Below, piece by piece: positions 28,209 through 37,997 of a stretch of 64,000 nt of DNA. Location of the stretch: positions 115,348-179,347 of the forward strand of contig CAWFGY010000006.1 of the NCBI GenBank assembly GCA_963815545.1, read 5' to 3'. Position numbers and translations under genes: made by a program. The notes under the pieces were generated by a model. That model did no database searches, was not told where the DNA came from, and was given only the letters and a program-made list of their open reading frames with translations. Source of the DNA: an uncultured Actinomycetota bacterium (GTDB lineage Bacteria; Actinomycetota; Actinomycetes; Actinomycetales; Dermatophilaceae). Every line of letters starts with the position of its first letter. Position 1 is the first letter of the stretch.

Positions 28209-28224
28209 TGACCCGATCGGGTCA
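28209..28224. promoter_or_regulatory. Perfect 16-bp palindrome TGACCCGATCGGGTCA (candidate operator)
   Basis: Lies about 90 bp upstream of the 28119 start codon in a 157-bp intergenic region. Confidence 0.3.
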
Positions 28225-28248
28225 GCCGACGGTCCCGTCGCTCGCGGC

Positions 28249-28269
28249 TCCGGCCCGGCATGCGGGCCG
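28249..28269 (-). terminator. Hairpin directly after the enoyl-CoA hydratase stop
   Basis: CCGGCCCG-GCATG-CGGGCCGG. Confidence 0.4.
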
Positions 28270-28276
28270 GGGTGGG

Positions 28277-29038
28277 TCAACGGCCTCGGAACTCCGCGGG
28301 ACGCTTCGCGACGAACGCGGCGGTGCCCTCCCGGTGGTCCTCGGTCGCGGCCAGGCGGGTCTGGCCCCCGGCTTCGACGGCGAGCGCGGCCTCGATGTCG
28401 ACGGTCGCCGCGTTGATCGCGGCCTTGGTCTCGGCGAGTGCGAGCGTGGCGCCCGTCGCGTAGGCGCCGAGCAGGGCGACGGCGCGGTCCGCGAACTCCG
28501 CGGCCGGGACGCACTCCGCCACCAGCCCCCAGTCGGCGGCGGTCGCGGCGTCGAGCTTCTCGCCGGTGAGCGCGAGGCGCATGGCTCGGGCCCGTCCGAC
28601 CGAGGCGGCCACCAGCGCCGTCGCCCCGCCGTCGGGCATCAGCCCGATCCGGGCGAAGGCGAGGACGAAGGACGCCGCGTCGCTGGCGAGCACGTGGTCG
28701 CAGGCGAGCGCCATCGGGACGCCGATGCCCGCCGCGACCCCGTGGACGAGCGCGACGACGGGCGTGCGGGTCGAGAGAAGGGCGCGGACGACGTCGGCCC
28801 CGGCGTCCAGGACGCCCATCTGCGCCCCCTCGGCCGACAGCGGCGCTCCGGAGCAGAAGCCGCGGCCGGCGCCGCCGAGCGCGATCACCCGGATGGCGGG
28901 GTCGGCGTCGAAGGCCTCCAGCGCCTCGACGACTGCGGCGCACATGTCCGGGTCGACGGCGTTGAGCCGCTCCGGCGCGTCGAGGGTGATGCGTCCGATG
29001 GCCCCGTCCGCCTCTACGCGGACCCGCTCGCTGCTCAT
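28277..29038 (-). CDS. Enoyl-CoA hydratase/isomerase (crotonase) family protein
   Basis: 253 aa from MSSERVRVEADGAIGRITLDAPERLNAV, with GRGFCSGA and the oxyanion region. Confidence 0.85.
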   Translation of the reverse strand: MSSERVRVEADGAIGRITLDAPERLNAVDPDMCAAVVEALEAFDADPAIRVIALGGAGRGFCSGAPLSAEGAQMGVLDAGADVVRALLSTRTPVVALVHGVAAGIGVPMALACDHVLASDAASFVLAFARIGLMPDGGATALVAASVGRARAMRLALTGEKLDAATAADWGLVAECVPAAEFADRAVALLGAYATGATLALAETKAAINAATVDIEAALAVEAGGQTRLAATEDHREGTAAFVAKRPAEFRGR

Positions 29039-29112
29039 CACGCCATCCAACCGCATCCGCCGGCCGCCCCCCGCGCCGGCCGCCCCCGCGCGCCCACCGC
29101 CCCCGCCGCCCC

Positions 29113-29275
29113 CGTTTGGACGCCATGGCGGCCAATCGCACCGATGGCGGCCGAATCCGAACGCCATCGACGTGGTTGAGCGCCATGGCGTCCAAACGCG
29201 ACGGGCGCGTCCAAACGCGGCGGGCGCGTCCAAACGCGGCGGGCGCGTCCAAACGCGACGGCGGCGCGGCGGGCG
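29113..29275. repeat. Composite intergenic repeat: 18-bp perfect inverted repeat plus 4 x 19-bp tandem repeat
   Basis: CGTTTGGACGCCATGGCG (29113-29130) pairs with CGCCATGGCGTCCAAACG (29181-29198). GCGTCCAAACGCG recurs at 29188, 29207, 29226 and 29245. Confidence 0.85.
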
Positions 29276-29286
29276 CGTCGGGCGCG

Positions 29287-30459
29287 TCAGGCCTGGTGGA
29301 CGGCGCCGGCCGCGAGGAGCGACGCCACCTCGGCGGGCGCGAAGCCGTGCGCCGTGAGCCAGGACGTGGTGTCGGCCCCCGGCAACGGCTCCTCCCCGGG
29401 CTCACGCTGCGGCGTCCCGGACAGCCGGGGCGACGGCCGCGGCACCGGCGCCCCACCGGGGCCGGGCACGAACGACCCGCGCGCCGCCAGGTGCGGGTGG
29501 TCCCGCGCCTCGACGAGCGAGAGCACCGGCGCCACGCACGCGTCCGTGCCGTCGAACACCGCCGCCCACTCGTCCCGGGTCCGCCGCAGGAACGCCGCCG
29601 TGAACGCCTCGCGCTGCGCCGGCCAGGTCCCCCGGTCGTACTGCTCCCCCTCGACCTCCACCCCGAGCGTCGCGACGAGCTCGCCGAAGAACGGCGGCTC
29701 CAGCGCCCCGACCGCGACGAACCGCCCGTCGGCGCACTCGTAGACGTCGTAGAACGGCGCCCCGCCGTCGAGGAGGTTCGCGGCCCGCTCGTCGCGCCAT
29801 CCCCCGACCCCGAGCATCCCGTGCACCATGGTCAGCAGATGCGCCGCCCCGTCGACCATCGCGGCGTCGACGACCTGCCCGCGCCCGGTGCTCCCTCGCG
29901 ACACCAGCGCCGCGAGGACCCCGGCGACGAGGTACATCGACCCGCCCGCGAAGTCCCCGATGGCCGGCACCGGCGCGATCGGCCGCTCCCGGGGCCCGAG
30001 GGCGTGCAGCGTCCCGGACACCGCGGCGTACGTGATGTCGTGCCCGGCCCGCTGCGCCCACGGCCCGTCCTGGCCCCAGCCGGTCATCCGCGCCACGACG
30101 AGGCGGGGGTTGCGCGCGAGCAGGTCGTCGGGGGCCAGCCCGAGCCGCTCCAGCACCCCCGGCCGGTACCCCTCGAGCAGGACGTCGGCGTCGTCGACGA
30201 GCCGCCGCACCACCGCCGTCCCGTCCGGGTGCTTGAGGTCGACGGCGATGCTCGGCCGCGAGCGCCGCAGCCCCCCGGAGGTCGCCAGCAGGTTGGACTC
30301 CCCCGGCCGGTCGACCCGCACGACGTCGGCACCGAGCTCGGCGAGCACCATCGCCGCGAACGGGGACGGACCGATGCCGCCGAGCTCGACGACCCGGATG
30401 CCCGCCAACGGCCCAGGCCCGGCGGTCGCGGCGGCCGGCGCCGGCGCGCCGTCGCTCAC
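29287..30459 (-). CDS. CaiB/BaiF family III CoA-transferase (alpha-methylacyl-CoA racemase-like)
   Basis: ORF 390 aa with [35 protein letters not shown]...[15 protein letters not shown]. Confidence 0.85.
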   Translation of the reverse strand: MSDGAPAPAAATAGPGPLAGIRVVELGGIGPSPFAAMVLAELGADVVRVDRPGESNLLATSGGLRRSRPSIAVDLKHPDGTAVVRRLVDDADVLLEGYRPGVLERLGLAPDDLLARNPRLVVARMTGWGQDGPWAQRAGHDITYAAVSGTLHALGPRERPIAPVPAIGDFAGGSMYLVAGVLAALVSRGSTGRGQVVDAAMVDGAAHLLTMVHGMLGVGGWRDERAANLLDGGAPFYDVYECADGRFVAVGALEPPFFGELVATLGVEVEGEQYDRGTWPAQREAFTAAFLRRTRDEWAAVFDGTDACVAPVLSLVEARDHPHLAARGSFVPGPGGAPVPRPSPRLSGTPQREPGEEPLPGADTTSWLTAHGFAPAEVASLLAAGAVHQA

Positions 30460-31493
30460 CGCGACGCGGGGACGAGCTCGCGCAGCCCCGGGAGCACCTG
30501 CTCCGAGAAGGTCCGGAGGAAGCGCTCCTGGTCGTGCCCGGGCCCGTGGACGACGAGGTGGTCGAAGCCGAGGTCGGTGTAGAACCGCAGCGCGTCGACG
30601 ACGTCCTCCGGGCGGGACGCGACGACCCAGCGCTGTGCCACCTGCTCGATCGGCAGCTCGTCGGCGGCCCGCTCCATCTCCTGCGGGCTGTGGATGGAGT
30701 GCTTCTGCTCCGCGCTGAGCGACAGCGGCGCCCAGAACCGGGTGTTCTCGAGCGCCCGCTCGGGGTCGGGGTCGTAGGACACCTTGATCTCGATCATCCG
30801 GTCGATCTCGTCGCGCGCCCGCCCGGCCTTGTCGAGCCCCTCGTCGACGGCCGGGACGAGCTGGTCGCGGTAGAGCGCCTCACCCTTGCCCGAGGTGCAG
30901 ATGAAGCCGTCACCGTGCCGCCCGGCGTAGCGCGCCACCATGGGTCCACCTGCCGCGATGTACACCGGCACCGGCGCGTCCGGACGGTCGTAGATCGCCG
31001 CGTCCTCGGTGCGGTACCAGTCGCCCTCGAAGGTCACCCGGTCCTCGGTCCACAGCCGGCGCATCAGGACGACCGCCTCGCGGAGCCGCCCGAACCGCTC
31101 CTTGAACTCGGGCCACTCCCCCTCGGCCACCGACCCGACGGCGATCTCGTTGAGGGCCTCGCCCGTGCCGACCCCGAGCATGACCCGCCCGGGGGCCAGG
31201 CACGCCATCGTCGCGAACGTCTGCGCGATGACGGGCGGGTTGTAGCGGAAGGTCGGCGTCATGACCGACGTGCCGAGCATGACCCGCTCGGTGCGCGCGA
31301 GCACCCACGACATCCAGGCGATCGAGTTGGGCGCGTGCCCGCCCTCGAGCCGCCAGGGCTGGAAGTGGTCGGAGATCGTCACCGAGTCCAGACCGAGCTC
31401 CTCGGCGAGCACCGCGTACCCGGCGAGCTCCCCCGGGGCGAACTGCTCCGCCGACGCCTTGTAGCCGACCCGGATGCCGCGCGAACCCGTCAT
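30456..31493 (-). CDS. fgd: F420-dependent glucose-6-phosphate dehydrogenase
   Basis: 345 aa from [20 protein letters not shown]. Long collinear matches to mycobacterial Fgd1 as I remember it: [73 protein letters not shown]. Confidence 0.9.
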   Translation of the reverse strand: MTGSRGIRVGYKASAEQFAPGELAGYAVLAEELGLDSVTISDHFQPWRLEGGHAPNSIAWMSWVLARTERVMLGTSVMTPTFRYNPPVIAQTFATMACLAPGRVMLGVGTGEALNEIAVGSVAEGEWPEFKERFGRLREAVVLMRRLWTEDRVTFEGDWYRTEDAAIYDRPDAPVPVYIAAGGPMVARYAGRHGDGFICTSGKGEALYRDQLVPAVDEGLDKAGRARDEIDRMIEIKVSYDPDPERALENTRFWAPLSLSAEQKHSIHSPQEMERAADELPIEQVAQRWVVASRPEDVVDALRFYTDLGFDHLVVHGPGHDQERFLRTFSEQVLPGLRELVPASR

Positions 31494-31566
31494 GGGCCCA
31501 TCCTGCCCCAGGCAGGTGGGCGGCGGCCCGGGTGAGCGCCCATGGGCCGCCGGCCCCGGACACACG

Positions 31567-31612
31567 GTTCGGGGTGCGGACCGTCCCCCTCGCGACGGTC
31601 CGCACCCCGAAC
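31567..31612. terminator. Perfect 19-bp inverted repeat hairpin
   Basis: GTTCGGGGTGCGGACCGTC-CCCCTCGC-GACGGTCCGCACCCCGAAC. It lies 140 bp downstream of the M23 gene stop and 75 bp upstream of the fgd start. Confidence 0.5.
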
Positions 31613-31749
31613 GTGGTGGTGCGGTCCCGGGCCACCAGCCCCCCGATGGCCCGGGGTCACGCACCGCCGTCCCCCGGTGGTGCGTGGTGGCTACGTTCCC
31701 GGGTCCTACTACGCGATCGCTGTGAAATCGCTGCGAGCCCCGGTGCAGC

Positions 31750-32316
31750 TCAGCAGCGGGTGCGCGTGAAGTACTGCTCGGCGTCGTAGTACTCCGCCCA
31801 CGTCGAGGTCCCGAACCGGATGCTCTTCGGCTCGCCGAAGTTCCGCTGCTCGTAGTGCAGGTGCGCGTACTCCTGGCCGCCGGACTTGCCCACGGTCCCG
31901 ATCGTCGTGGTGTCCTCGACGTGGTCCCCGACCTTGACGTTGATCGACTTGAGGTGGGCGTACAGCGTCGACCAGTTGTCGCCGTGACCGACGATGATCC
32001 GGTTGCCGTAGCCCCCGCCGCCCACGCCGGCCGCGACGACCTTGCCGGGGGCGCTGGCCTTGACCGGCTGGCCGAGATCGGTGTCGCCGCCGGAGGGCAG
32101 GTTGAGATCCATCGCGCGGTTGCTCGGCGAGTGGTTCGAGCGGGTGGAGCCGCGCCAGGTCTGGTTGCACTTGAACGGCACCTTGAGCAGCGGACGGGTG
32201 CCGGCGGCCTCGGCGGCGCCGGCGGCGGCCATCGAGACGGCTCCGGCGGTGGCGACGGTCGCCGCGAGGACGGCGACGGCGGCCGTCGCGCGGCGGCGGA
32301 CGGATGTGACGGACAT
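31750..32316 (-). CDS. Secreted M23 family metallopeptidase
   Basis: 188 aa from [22 protein letters not shown], with AGGAGG SD. Contains [21 protein letters not shown]...[17 protein letters not shown]. Confidence 0.85.
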   Translation of the reverse strand: MSVTSVRRRATAAVAVLAATVATAGAVSMAAAGAAEAAGTRPLLKVPFKCNQTWRGSTRSNHSPSNRAMDLNLPSGGDTDLGQPVKASAPGKVVAAGVGGGGYGNRIIVGHGDNWSTLYAHLKSINVKVGDHVEDTTTIGTVGKSGGQEYAHLHYEQRNFGEPKSIRFGTSTWAEYYDAEQYFTRTRC

Positions 32317-32443
32317 GGGGTCCCTCCTGGGTCGGCCCCGGCTCGGCTGGCCGGGATCGAGGCCCACGCTGCGGCAGGGCCCTGCGCCGATGCTGCGACC
32401 TCGCTTCGAGCCCGATGCCGACCAGCGGTCTACCGTGGAACCC

Positions 32444-33529
32444 ATGGCCACCGACCTCATCGACCTCGTCGGACACGAGCAGGTCGTCTTCTGCTCCGAC
32501 CCCACCACCGGGCTCCGTGCAGTCATCGCCCTGCACTCGACGGCCCTCGGGCCGGGGCTCGGCGGGACCCGGTTCCACCCCTACCCGTCGATGGACTCGG
32601 CCGTCGCCGACGCGCTGCGCCTGTCGCGGGCCATGTCCTACAAGAACGCGCTGGCAGGGCTCGCGCACGGGGGCGGCAAGGCCGTCATCGTCGGGGATCC
32701 CACCACCAGGAAGACCCCCGACCTGCTCCGGGCCTACGGTCGGTTCGTCGAGTCCCTCGGCGGGCGCTACGTCACGGCGTGCGACGTCGGCACCTATGTC
32801 ACCGACATGGACGTCATCGCCGAGGAGACCCGGTGGGCCACCGGCCGCTCCCCCGAGCGCGGCGGCGCGGGCGACTCGTCGGTGCTCACGGCGCTCGGGG
32901 TCTTCCAGGGGATGCGGGCGGCCGCGCAGCACGTGTGGGGCGAACCCACGCTCGCGGGCCGCCGCGTCGGGATCGCCGGGGTCGGCAAGGTCGGCTCGCG
33001 GCTCGCCGAGCACCTGCTCGAGGACGGCGCCGAGCTGACCGTCACCGACGTCGACAGCGGTGCCGTGCGCCGGCTCGTCGAGAAGCACCCGGGGGTGAGC
33101 GTCGCCGACGACGCCGAGGACCTGGCCCGGTCCGCGCTCGACGTCTTCAGCCCCAACGCCCTGGGCGGGGCTCTCGACGACGACACCGTGGCGGGCCTGC
33201 GGGCGGCGATCGTCTGCGGCGGCGCCAACAACCAGCTCGCCAGCACCTACAGCGCGGAGCGGATGGCCGCCCGCGGCATCGTCTACACCCCGGACTTCCT
33301 CGTCAACGCCGGCGGAGTCATCCAGGTCAGCGACGAGCTGCGGGGGTTCGACATGGAGCGGGCCGCGGGCCGGACCCAGGCCATCTTCGACAGCACGCTG
33401 GCCGTGCTGCAAGCGGCCGACGAGGACGGAGTGAGCCCCGCGGTGGCGGCCGACCGGCTCGCCGAGCAGCGGATCGCCCAGGGTTCCGCCGCCCCGTGGC
33501 TGCCTGCCGACCGGTCCGACGCCCCGTAG
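32444..33529 (+). CDS. Glu/Leu/Phe/Val dehydrogenase family enzyme (valine/leucine dehydrogenase type)
   Basis: 361 aa from [16 protein letters not shown]. Contains [27 protein letters not shown], and the Rossmann motif [13 protein letters not shown]. Confidence 0.85.
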   Translation: MATDLIDLVGHEQVVFCSDPTTGLRAVIALHSTALGPGLGGTRFHPYPSMDSAVADALRLSRAMSYKNALAGLAHGGGKAVIVGDPTTRKTPDLLRAYGRFVESLGGRYVTACDVGTYVTDMDVIAEETRWATGRSPERGGAGDSSVLTALGVFQGMRAAAQHVWGEPTLAGRRVGIAGVGKVGSRLAEHLLEDGAELTVTDVDSGAVRRLVEKHPGVSVADDAEDLARSALDVFSPNALGGALDDDTVAGLRAAIVCGGANNQLASTYSAERMAARGIVYTPDFLVNAGGVIQVSDELRGFDMERAAGRTQAIFDSTLAVLQAADEDGVSPAVAADRLAEQRIAQGSAAPWLPADRSDAP

Positions 33530-33709
33530 GTCGCGCGACGTCACCGAGCCGTGCGTCTGAGGCGTCCCCGAACCCCCCGAGTCCCATGTATCGTTGGACC
33601 CACGATATGCACACCATTCCCGGAGCCGCTCCGCGACGTGGGATGACCCCGAGGTCGGGGCCGTCCCATCAGCGTTGCCGCCCCGGCAGACGCACGAGGG
33701 GGTCACGCC

Positions 33710-33898
33710 ATGGGGCGCGGCCGAGCTAAGGCCAAGCAGACGAAGGTCGCCCGCGAGCTGAAGTACTTCAGCCCCGACACCGACCTCTCGGCGCTTGAGC
33801 AGGAACTCCACACACAGTCCGGTCACGGCAACTCCGCCAGCGAGCGCAGCCGCGACGACGAGGACGATTACGACTCGTGGGCCTCGGGCCGACGTTGA
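33710..33898 (+). CDS. DUF3073 family small conserved actinobacterial protein
   Basis: MGRGRAKAKQTKVARELKYFSPDTDLSALE..., with an acidic tail. Confidence 0.75.
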   Translation: MGRGRAKAKQTKVARELKYFSPDTDLSALEQELHTQSGHGNSASERSRDDEDDYDSWASGRR

Positions 33899-33996
33899 CG
33901 TCGGCCTAACCCCTCTGCCTCCACCCGCGACACACGTCCCGGGGCTGCCACGAACCGGTCCCGCCACGGGCTCGCGGGGCGTGCCATGCTCGGCCC

Positions 33997-35538
33997 ATGA
34001 GTGCTCCCCCCACGACCGGGACCACGCGTCTCGGCGTCGAGACCACCGGGATCGAGATCATCGACGAGGCCGAGCGCACCGCGCGGCCCCGTGACCTCTT
34101 CTGGCCGTGGTTCGCCGCCAACGTGTCGGTCTTCGGCATCTCCTACGCCGCCTTCGTCCTCCAGTTCGGCATCTCGTTCTGGCAGGGCGCCGTCGTCACG
34201 GTCCTCGGCATCGTCGTCTCGTTCCTGCTCTGCGGGCTCGTCGCGGTCGGCGGGAAGCGCGGGTCGGCCCCCACGATGATCCTGTCGCGGGCCTCGTTCG
34301 GCGTCGTCGGCCAGAAGGTCCCGGGAGTCATCTCCTGGCTGGTCTCCATCGGCTGGGAGACCTTCCTCGCGATCCTCGCCGTCCTCGCCACGTCGACGAT
34401 CTTCGAGCGGCTCGGCTGGGGCGGCGGGACCGGCACGAAGGTGGTCGCCGCCGTCGTCGTCGCGACGCTCATCGTCGCGGCGTCCGTCGCCGGCTACCAC
34501 GTCATCATGGCGATGCAGTCGGTCCTCACCTGGGTGACCGGCGCCGTCACCGTGGTCTTCATCGTCGTGGCGTCCGGGAGCATCGACTGGTCCGCGGTCG
34601 CCGCCGTGCCGTCCGGCCCGCCCCAGGCCGTCGTCGGGGCGTTCGTTCTGCTCATGACCGGCTTCGGCCTCGGCTGGATCAACATCGCCGCCGACTGGTC
34701 CCGCTACCAGCGCCGCGACGCCTCCGGCGGGTCCATCGTCCTGTGGAACACCATCGGCGGGGCCACCGCGCCGGTCCTCCTCGTCCTCTTCGGGCTCATG
34801 CTCGCCGCCTCGGACGAGACCGTCCTCAACGGCATCCCCAACGACCCCATCGGCACCCTCGCGACGGTGCTGCCGACCTGGTTCCTCGTCCCGTTCCTCG
34901 TGGCGGTCATCCTCTCCCTCGTCTCGGGCGCGGTCCTGGGGATCTACTCCTCGGGCCTGACCCTGCTCTCGCTCGGTGTCCGCATCCCCCGGCCCGCCGC
35001 GGCGGCGGTCGACGGCGTCATCCTCACCCTCGGCACGATCTGGGTCGTGTTCTTCGCGCAGAGCTTCCTCGGGCCCTTCCAGTCCTTCCTCATCACCCTC
35101 GGGGTGCCACTCGCCGCGTGGGCCGGCATCTTCATCGCCGACCTCGCGCTGCGCCGCCGGGACTACGACGCCGGCCCCGACGGCGCCACGGCCCTCTTCG
35201 ACGAGCGTGGCCGGTACGGCTCGTGGGACTGGGTCTCGATCGGGACGATGGCCGGCGCCTCCGTCATCGGCTGGGGCCTGGTCGTCAACGCGTTCGCCGA
35301 GGACGCGGCCTGGAACAACTGGCAGGGGTACCTGCTCGAGCCGCTCGGGCTCGGCACCTTCGTTCCCGCCGCCGAGGGCGGCCCGTACTGGGACGGCGCC
35401 TGGCCGTACTCGAACATCGGAGTGCTCCTCGCGCTGACTCTGGGGTTCGGGGTCACGTTCGTGGCCCGCCGGGCGACGGTCCGGCGGCAGGAGCGTGCCG
35501 CCGGCGCCCCGGCGGCGACCGCCGAGCCGGTGGCCTGA
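33997..35538 (+). CDS. NCS1 family nucleobase:cation symporter (purine-cytosine permease-like)
   Basis: ORF 513 aa, 12-TM pattern, with N-terminal GIEIIDEAERTARPRDLFWPWFAANVSV. Confidence 0.75.
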   Translation: MSAPPTTGTTRLGVETTGIEIIDEAERTARPRDLFWPWFAANVSVFGISYAAFVLQFGISFWQGAVVTVLGIVVSFLLCGLVAVGGKRGSAPTMILSRASFGVVGQKVPGVISWLVSIGWETFLAILAVLATSTIFERLGWGGGTGTKVVAAVVVATLIVAASVAGYHVIMAMQSVLTWVTGAVTVVFIVVASGSIDWSAVAAVPSGPPQAVVGAFVLLMTGFGLGWINIAADWSRYQRRDASGGSIVLWNTIGGATAPVLLVLFGLMLAASDETVLNGIPNDPIGTLATVLPTWFLVPFLVAVILSLVSGAVLGIYSSGLTLLSLGVRIPRPAAAAVDGVILTLGTIWVVFFAQSFLGPFQSFLITLGVPLAAWAGIFIADLALRRRDYDAGPDGATALFDERGRYGSWDWVSIGTMAGASVIGWGLVVNAFAEDAAWNNWQGYLLEPLGLGTFVPAAEGGPYWDGAWPYSNIGVLLALTLGFGVTFVARRATVRRQERAAGAPAATAEPVA

Positions 35539-36065
35539 TGGCGGCACGGGAGGGCTGGCTCGTCATCGTCGACCCGCAGGTGGTCTTCGCCGACCCGGGA
35601 GTCTCGCCGTGGGGGTCGCCGCTGTTCGCCGACGCGGTCCCGCGCATGGCGGCGCTGGCCCGCGAGTTCGGCCGCGACCGCACCGTCGTCACCCGCTTCG
35701 TCGCCGACCCCTCGCTCGGCGGGTCCTGGGAGCCGTACTACGACGAGTGGCCCTTCGCCCTGGTCCCCGGCGACGACCCCCTGTACGCGGTCGTGCCCGA
35801 GCTGGACGGCCTCGCGGGGCACGTCGTCACCGCGGGCACCTTCGGGAAGTGGCCGGTGCTGGCCGACCTCGTGGGGCCCGAGGCGCGCGTCACGCTCGCC
35901 GGGGTCGCCACCGACTGCTGCGTCATCTCGACCGCCCTGCCGATGGCCGACGCCGGAGTGACGATCGAGGTCGTCGCGGACGCCTGCGCCGGGTCGACCC
36001 GTGAGAACCACGAGCACGCACTCGCGACGATGGCGCTGTTCGGGCCACAGATCACCATCACCTGA
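35538..36065 (+). CDS. Isochorismatase-family cysteine hydrolase
   Basis: ATG overlaps the permease stop (TGATG). Contains LVIVDPQVVF...LAGVATDCCVISTALPMADAG. Confidence 0.75.
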   Translation: MAAREGWLVIVDPQVVFADPGVSPWGSPLFADAVPRMAALAREFGRDRTVVTRFVADPSLGGSWEPYYDEWPFALVPGDDPLYAVVPELDGLAGHVVTAGTFGKWPVLADLVGPEARVTLAGVATDCCVISTALPMADAGVTIEVVADACAGSTRENHEHALATMALFGPQITIT

Positions 36066-36131
36066 GGCCCGGCGGCACGGGATGCGGGGTTGCGAATGAA
36101 CGTCATCCCTCGAGCTGCGTTGCCGGGACGC

Positions 36132-36179
36132 GGTTGTCGGCGGGGGGCGGGGCTACTTGGCCGTCCTGCGCCGACAACC
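36132..36179. terminator. 11-bp stem hairpin between convergent genes
   Basis: GGTTGTCGGCG-26 nt-CGCCGACAACC. Confidence 0.3.
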
Positions 36180-36255
36180 CCGTCCGTCCGACGCCGCGGC
36201 GCGGATGAGGGATCGTCGGCGACGGAGTGCACTGGGGTCTCGCGAGGGACCCGAG

Positions 36256-36648
36256 TCAGAGCACCCCGGTGAGCCGCAGCACCAGCGCCCCGGCCAGGAC
36301 GCCGAGACCCCCGGCCGTGGCGCCCGCCATCCGGGACCCCATCTCCTCGCGCCGAGCCAGTACGGTGACGGCCGCGAGCCCGGTGCACCAGCCGACGAGG
36401 AGCCCGGGCACCAGGTCCGCGGCGGCGGCGACGAGGTCGATCCCGCCGGAGTTGCGGGCGGTGACGACGTCGAAGGCCGAGGCGACGAGCCAGACCGCCG
36501 CGAGCACCGCCGCCAGGTACGCCACGGCGGCGAGGCTCCCCGCGACCAGCACGCCGACCGCCCAGCGGCGGGCCCGGGCGTAGCGCCGGTCGAGGTCGGC
36601 GGCATGCCGGGGCCCGGCCGGGGCGGGGAGGGCGCTCGAGGTGCTCAT
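36256..36648 (-). CDS. Hypothetical small membrane protein (3 predicted TM)
   Basis: ORF 36256..36684. The internal Met MSTSS at 36648 is preferred. The hydrophobic segments are the only evidence. Confidence 0.4.
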   Translation of the reverse strand: MSTSSALPAPAGPRHAADLDRRYARARRWAVGVLVAGSLAAVAYLAAVLAAVWLVASAFDVVTARNSGGIDLVAAAADLVPGLLVGWCTGLAAVTVLARREEMGSRMAGATAGGLGVLAGALVLRLTGVL

Positions 36649-36829
36649 GGCACGAGCGTGACGGAGTCGGCGCACCCTGGTCATGAGTTCCGCTACTCAG
36701 ATGTCCCGCCCTGTCGGCCCCCGTTGACCGACCGCTGACCGGGCCCTGGGACAACCCTGACCAGAGGTTCACCCGCGGGACCCCCGCCCGGCGAGCGGGG
36801 GCGGGCCCGCTGGTGCAGGGTCTGGGAGC

Positions 36830-37987
36830 GTGACCATCGACTACCGCCGGCGCCGGGCCCGGACCCCGTGGCTCGCCCTCGTGACCGCCCTCCTGATCTC
36901 CCTCGGCCTGGCGGCTCCGGCCTCCCAGGCGGCGACGCCCCTGACCGTCGCCCAGGCCGTCGCCGGCCAGGACGGCTCGACGCAGACCGTCCGGGGGTTC
37001 ATCGTGGGTCAGCCGACCGCGACGAACACCGTCGTCACGTCGAACTACCCGAACGACTACGCCTTGGCGATCGCCGACTCCGCCGGCACGACGAGCACGG
37101 CGTCGATGCTCTACGTCCAGATCCCGTCGGCCTTCCGGGCCCAGTGGGGGCTGAAGTCCAACCCGGGCCTCAAGGGCCGTCAGATCGACGTGACCGGGAA
37201 GCTCGCCGCCTACTTCTCGCACCCCGGGATGACCGGCACGACGGCGTTCGCGACGGTCGGCAGCCCCAGCGACCCGCCCCCGGGCGGGACGAGCCCCTGG
37301 GACAGCACGTACTACGCCCCCGCGATGGGCAAGACCGGCGCGGCGCTCAAGGCCTCGCTGCACGACATCATCGACGACCAGACGAGGCTCACCTACGACC
37401 AGGTGTGGACCGCGCTCAAGGACACCGACCAGGACCCCGCCAACACGAACAACGTCCGCACGCTCTACTCCGGGCTGTCGCTGCCGAAGTCGACCAACGG
37501 CGGCGGCGTCGACGACTGGAACCGCGAGCACGTCTGGGCCAAGTCGCACGGCGACTTCGGCACGGCCACCGGGCCGGGGACGGACGTGCACCACCTGCGC
37601 CCCGAGGACGTCACCGTCAACAGTGCGCGCGGCAACAAGGACTTCGACACCGGCGGCGGCACCGTCAGCCAGTGCGGCGGCTGCCTCACCGACGCCGACT
37701 CCTTCGAGCCGCGCGACGCGGTCAAGGGTGACGTGGCCCGGATGATCCTCTACATGGCCGTCCGGTACGAAGGGGGCGACGGCTGGGCCGACCTCGAGCC
37801 CAACGACGCGGTCGGCAACGGCAGCGCGCCGTTCATGGGGCGGCTGTCGGTGCTGCTGGCGTGGAACGCGGCCGACCCGGTCGACACCTTCGAGATGCGC
37901 CGCAACGACCGCATCCACTCGACCTGGCAGGGCAACCGCAACCCCTTCATCGACCACCCGGAGTGGGCCGCCTCCATCTGGGGCTGA
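36830..37987 (+). CDS. Secreted endonuclease I family nuclease with N-terminal OB-like extension
   Basis: GTG start. Twin-Arg-like signal RRRRARTPWLALV...ASQA. The C-terminus has EHVWAKSHG, DVHHLRPEDVTVNSARGNKDFD and NPFIDHPEWA. Confidence 0.8.
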   Translation: MTIDYRRRRARTPWLALVTALLISLGLAAPASQAATPLTVAQAVAGQDGSTQTVRGFIVGQPTATNTVVTSNYPNDYALAIADSAGTTSTASMLYVQIPSAFRAQWGLKSNPGLKGRQIDVTGKLAAYFSHPGMTGTTAFATVGSPSDPPPGGTSPWDSTYYAPAMGKTGAALKASLHDIIDDQTRLTYDQVWTALKDTDQDPANTNNVRTLYSGLSLPKSTNGGGVDDWNREHVWAKSHGDFGTATGPGTDVHHLRPEDVTVNSARGNKDFDTGGGTVSQCGGCLTDADSFEPRDAVKGDVARMILYMAVRYEGGDGWADLEPNDAVGNGSAPFMGRLSVLLAWNAADPVDTFEMRRNDRIHSTWQGNRNPFIDHPEWAASIWG

Positions 37988-37997
37988 CCCCGTCGGG

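Noticed and set aside
32317-32443. ydaO/c-di-AMP-type riboswitch in the leader of the M23 peptidase gene
   Set aside because: Only about 127 nt are available, shared with the divergent dehydrogenase promoter, and I could not find the conserved ydaO blocks by eye. A CM search would be needed to be sure.
33530-33709. Possible regulatory dyad TATCGT-N7-ACGATA and small hairpins upstream of the DUF3073 gene
   Set aside because: The 6-bp arms are short enough to occur by chance, and there is no supporting repeat or known motif.
31709-33967. 752-aa minus-strand ORF and 624-aa plus-strand ORF 31855..33729
   Set aside because: They overlap the well-supported M23 peptidase, valine dehydrogenase and DUF3073 genes in other frames or on the other strand.
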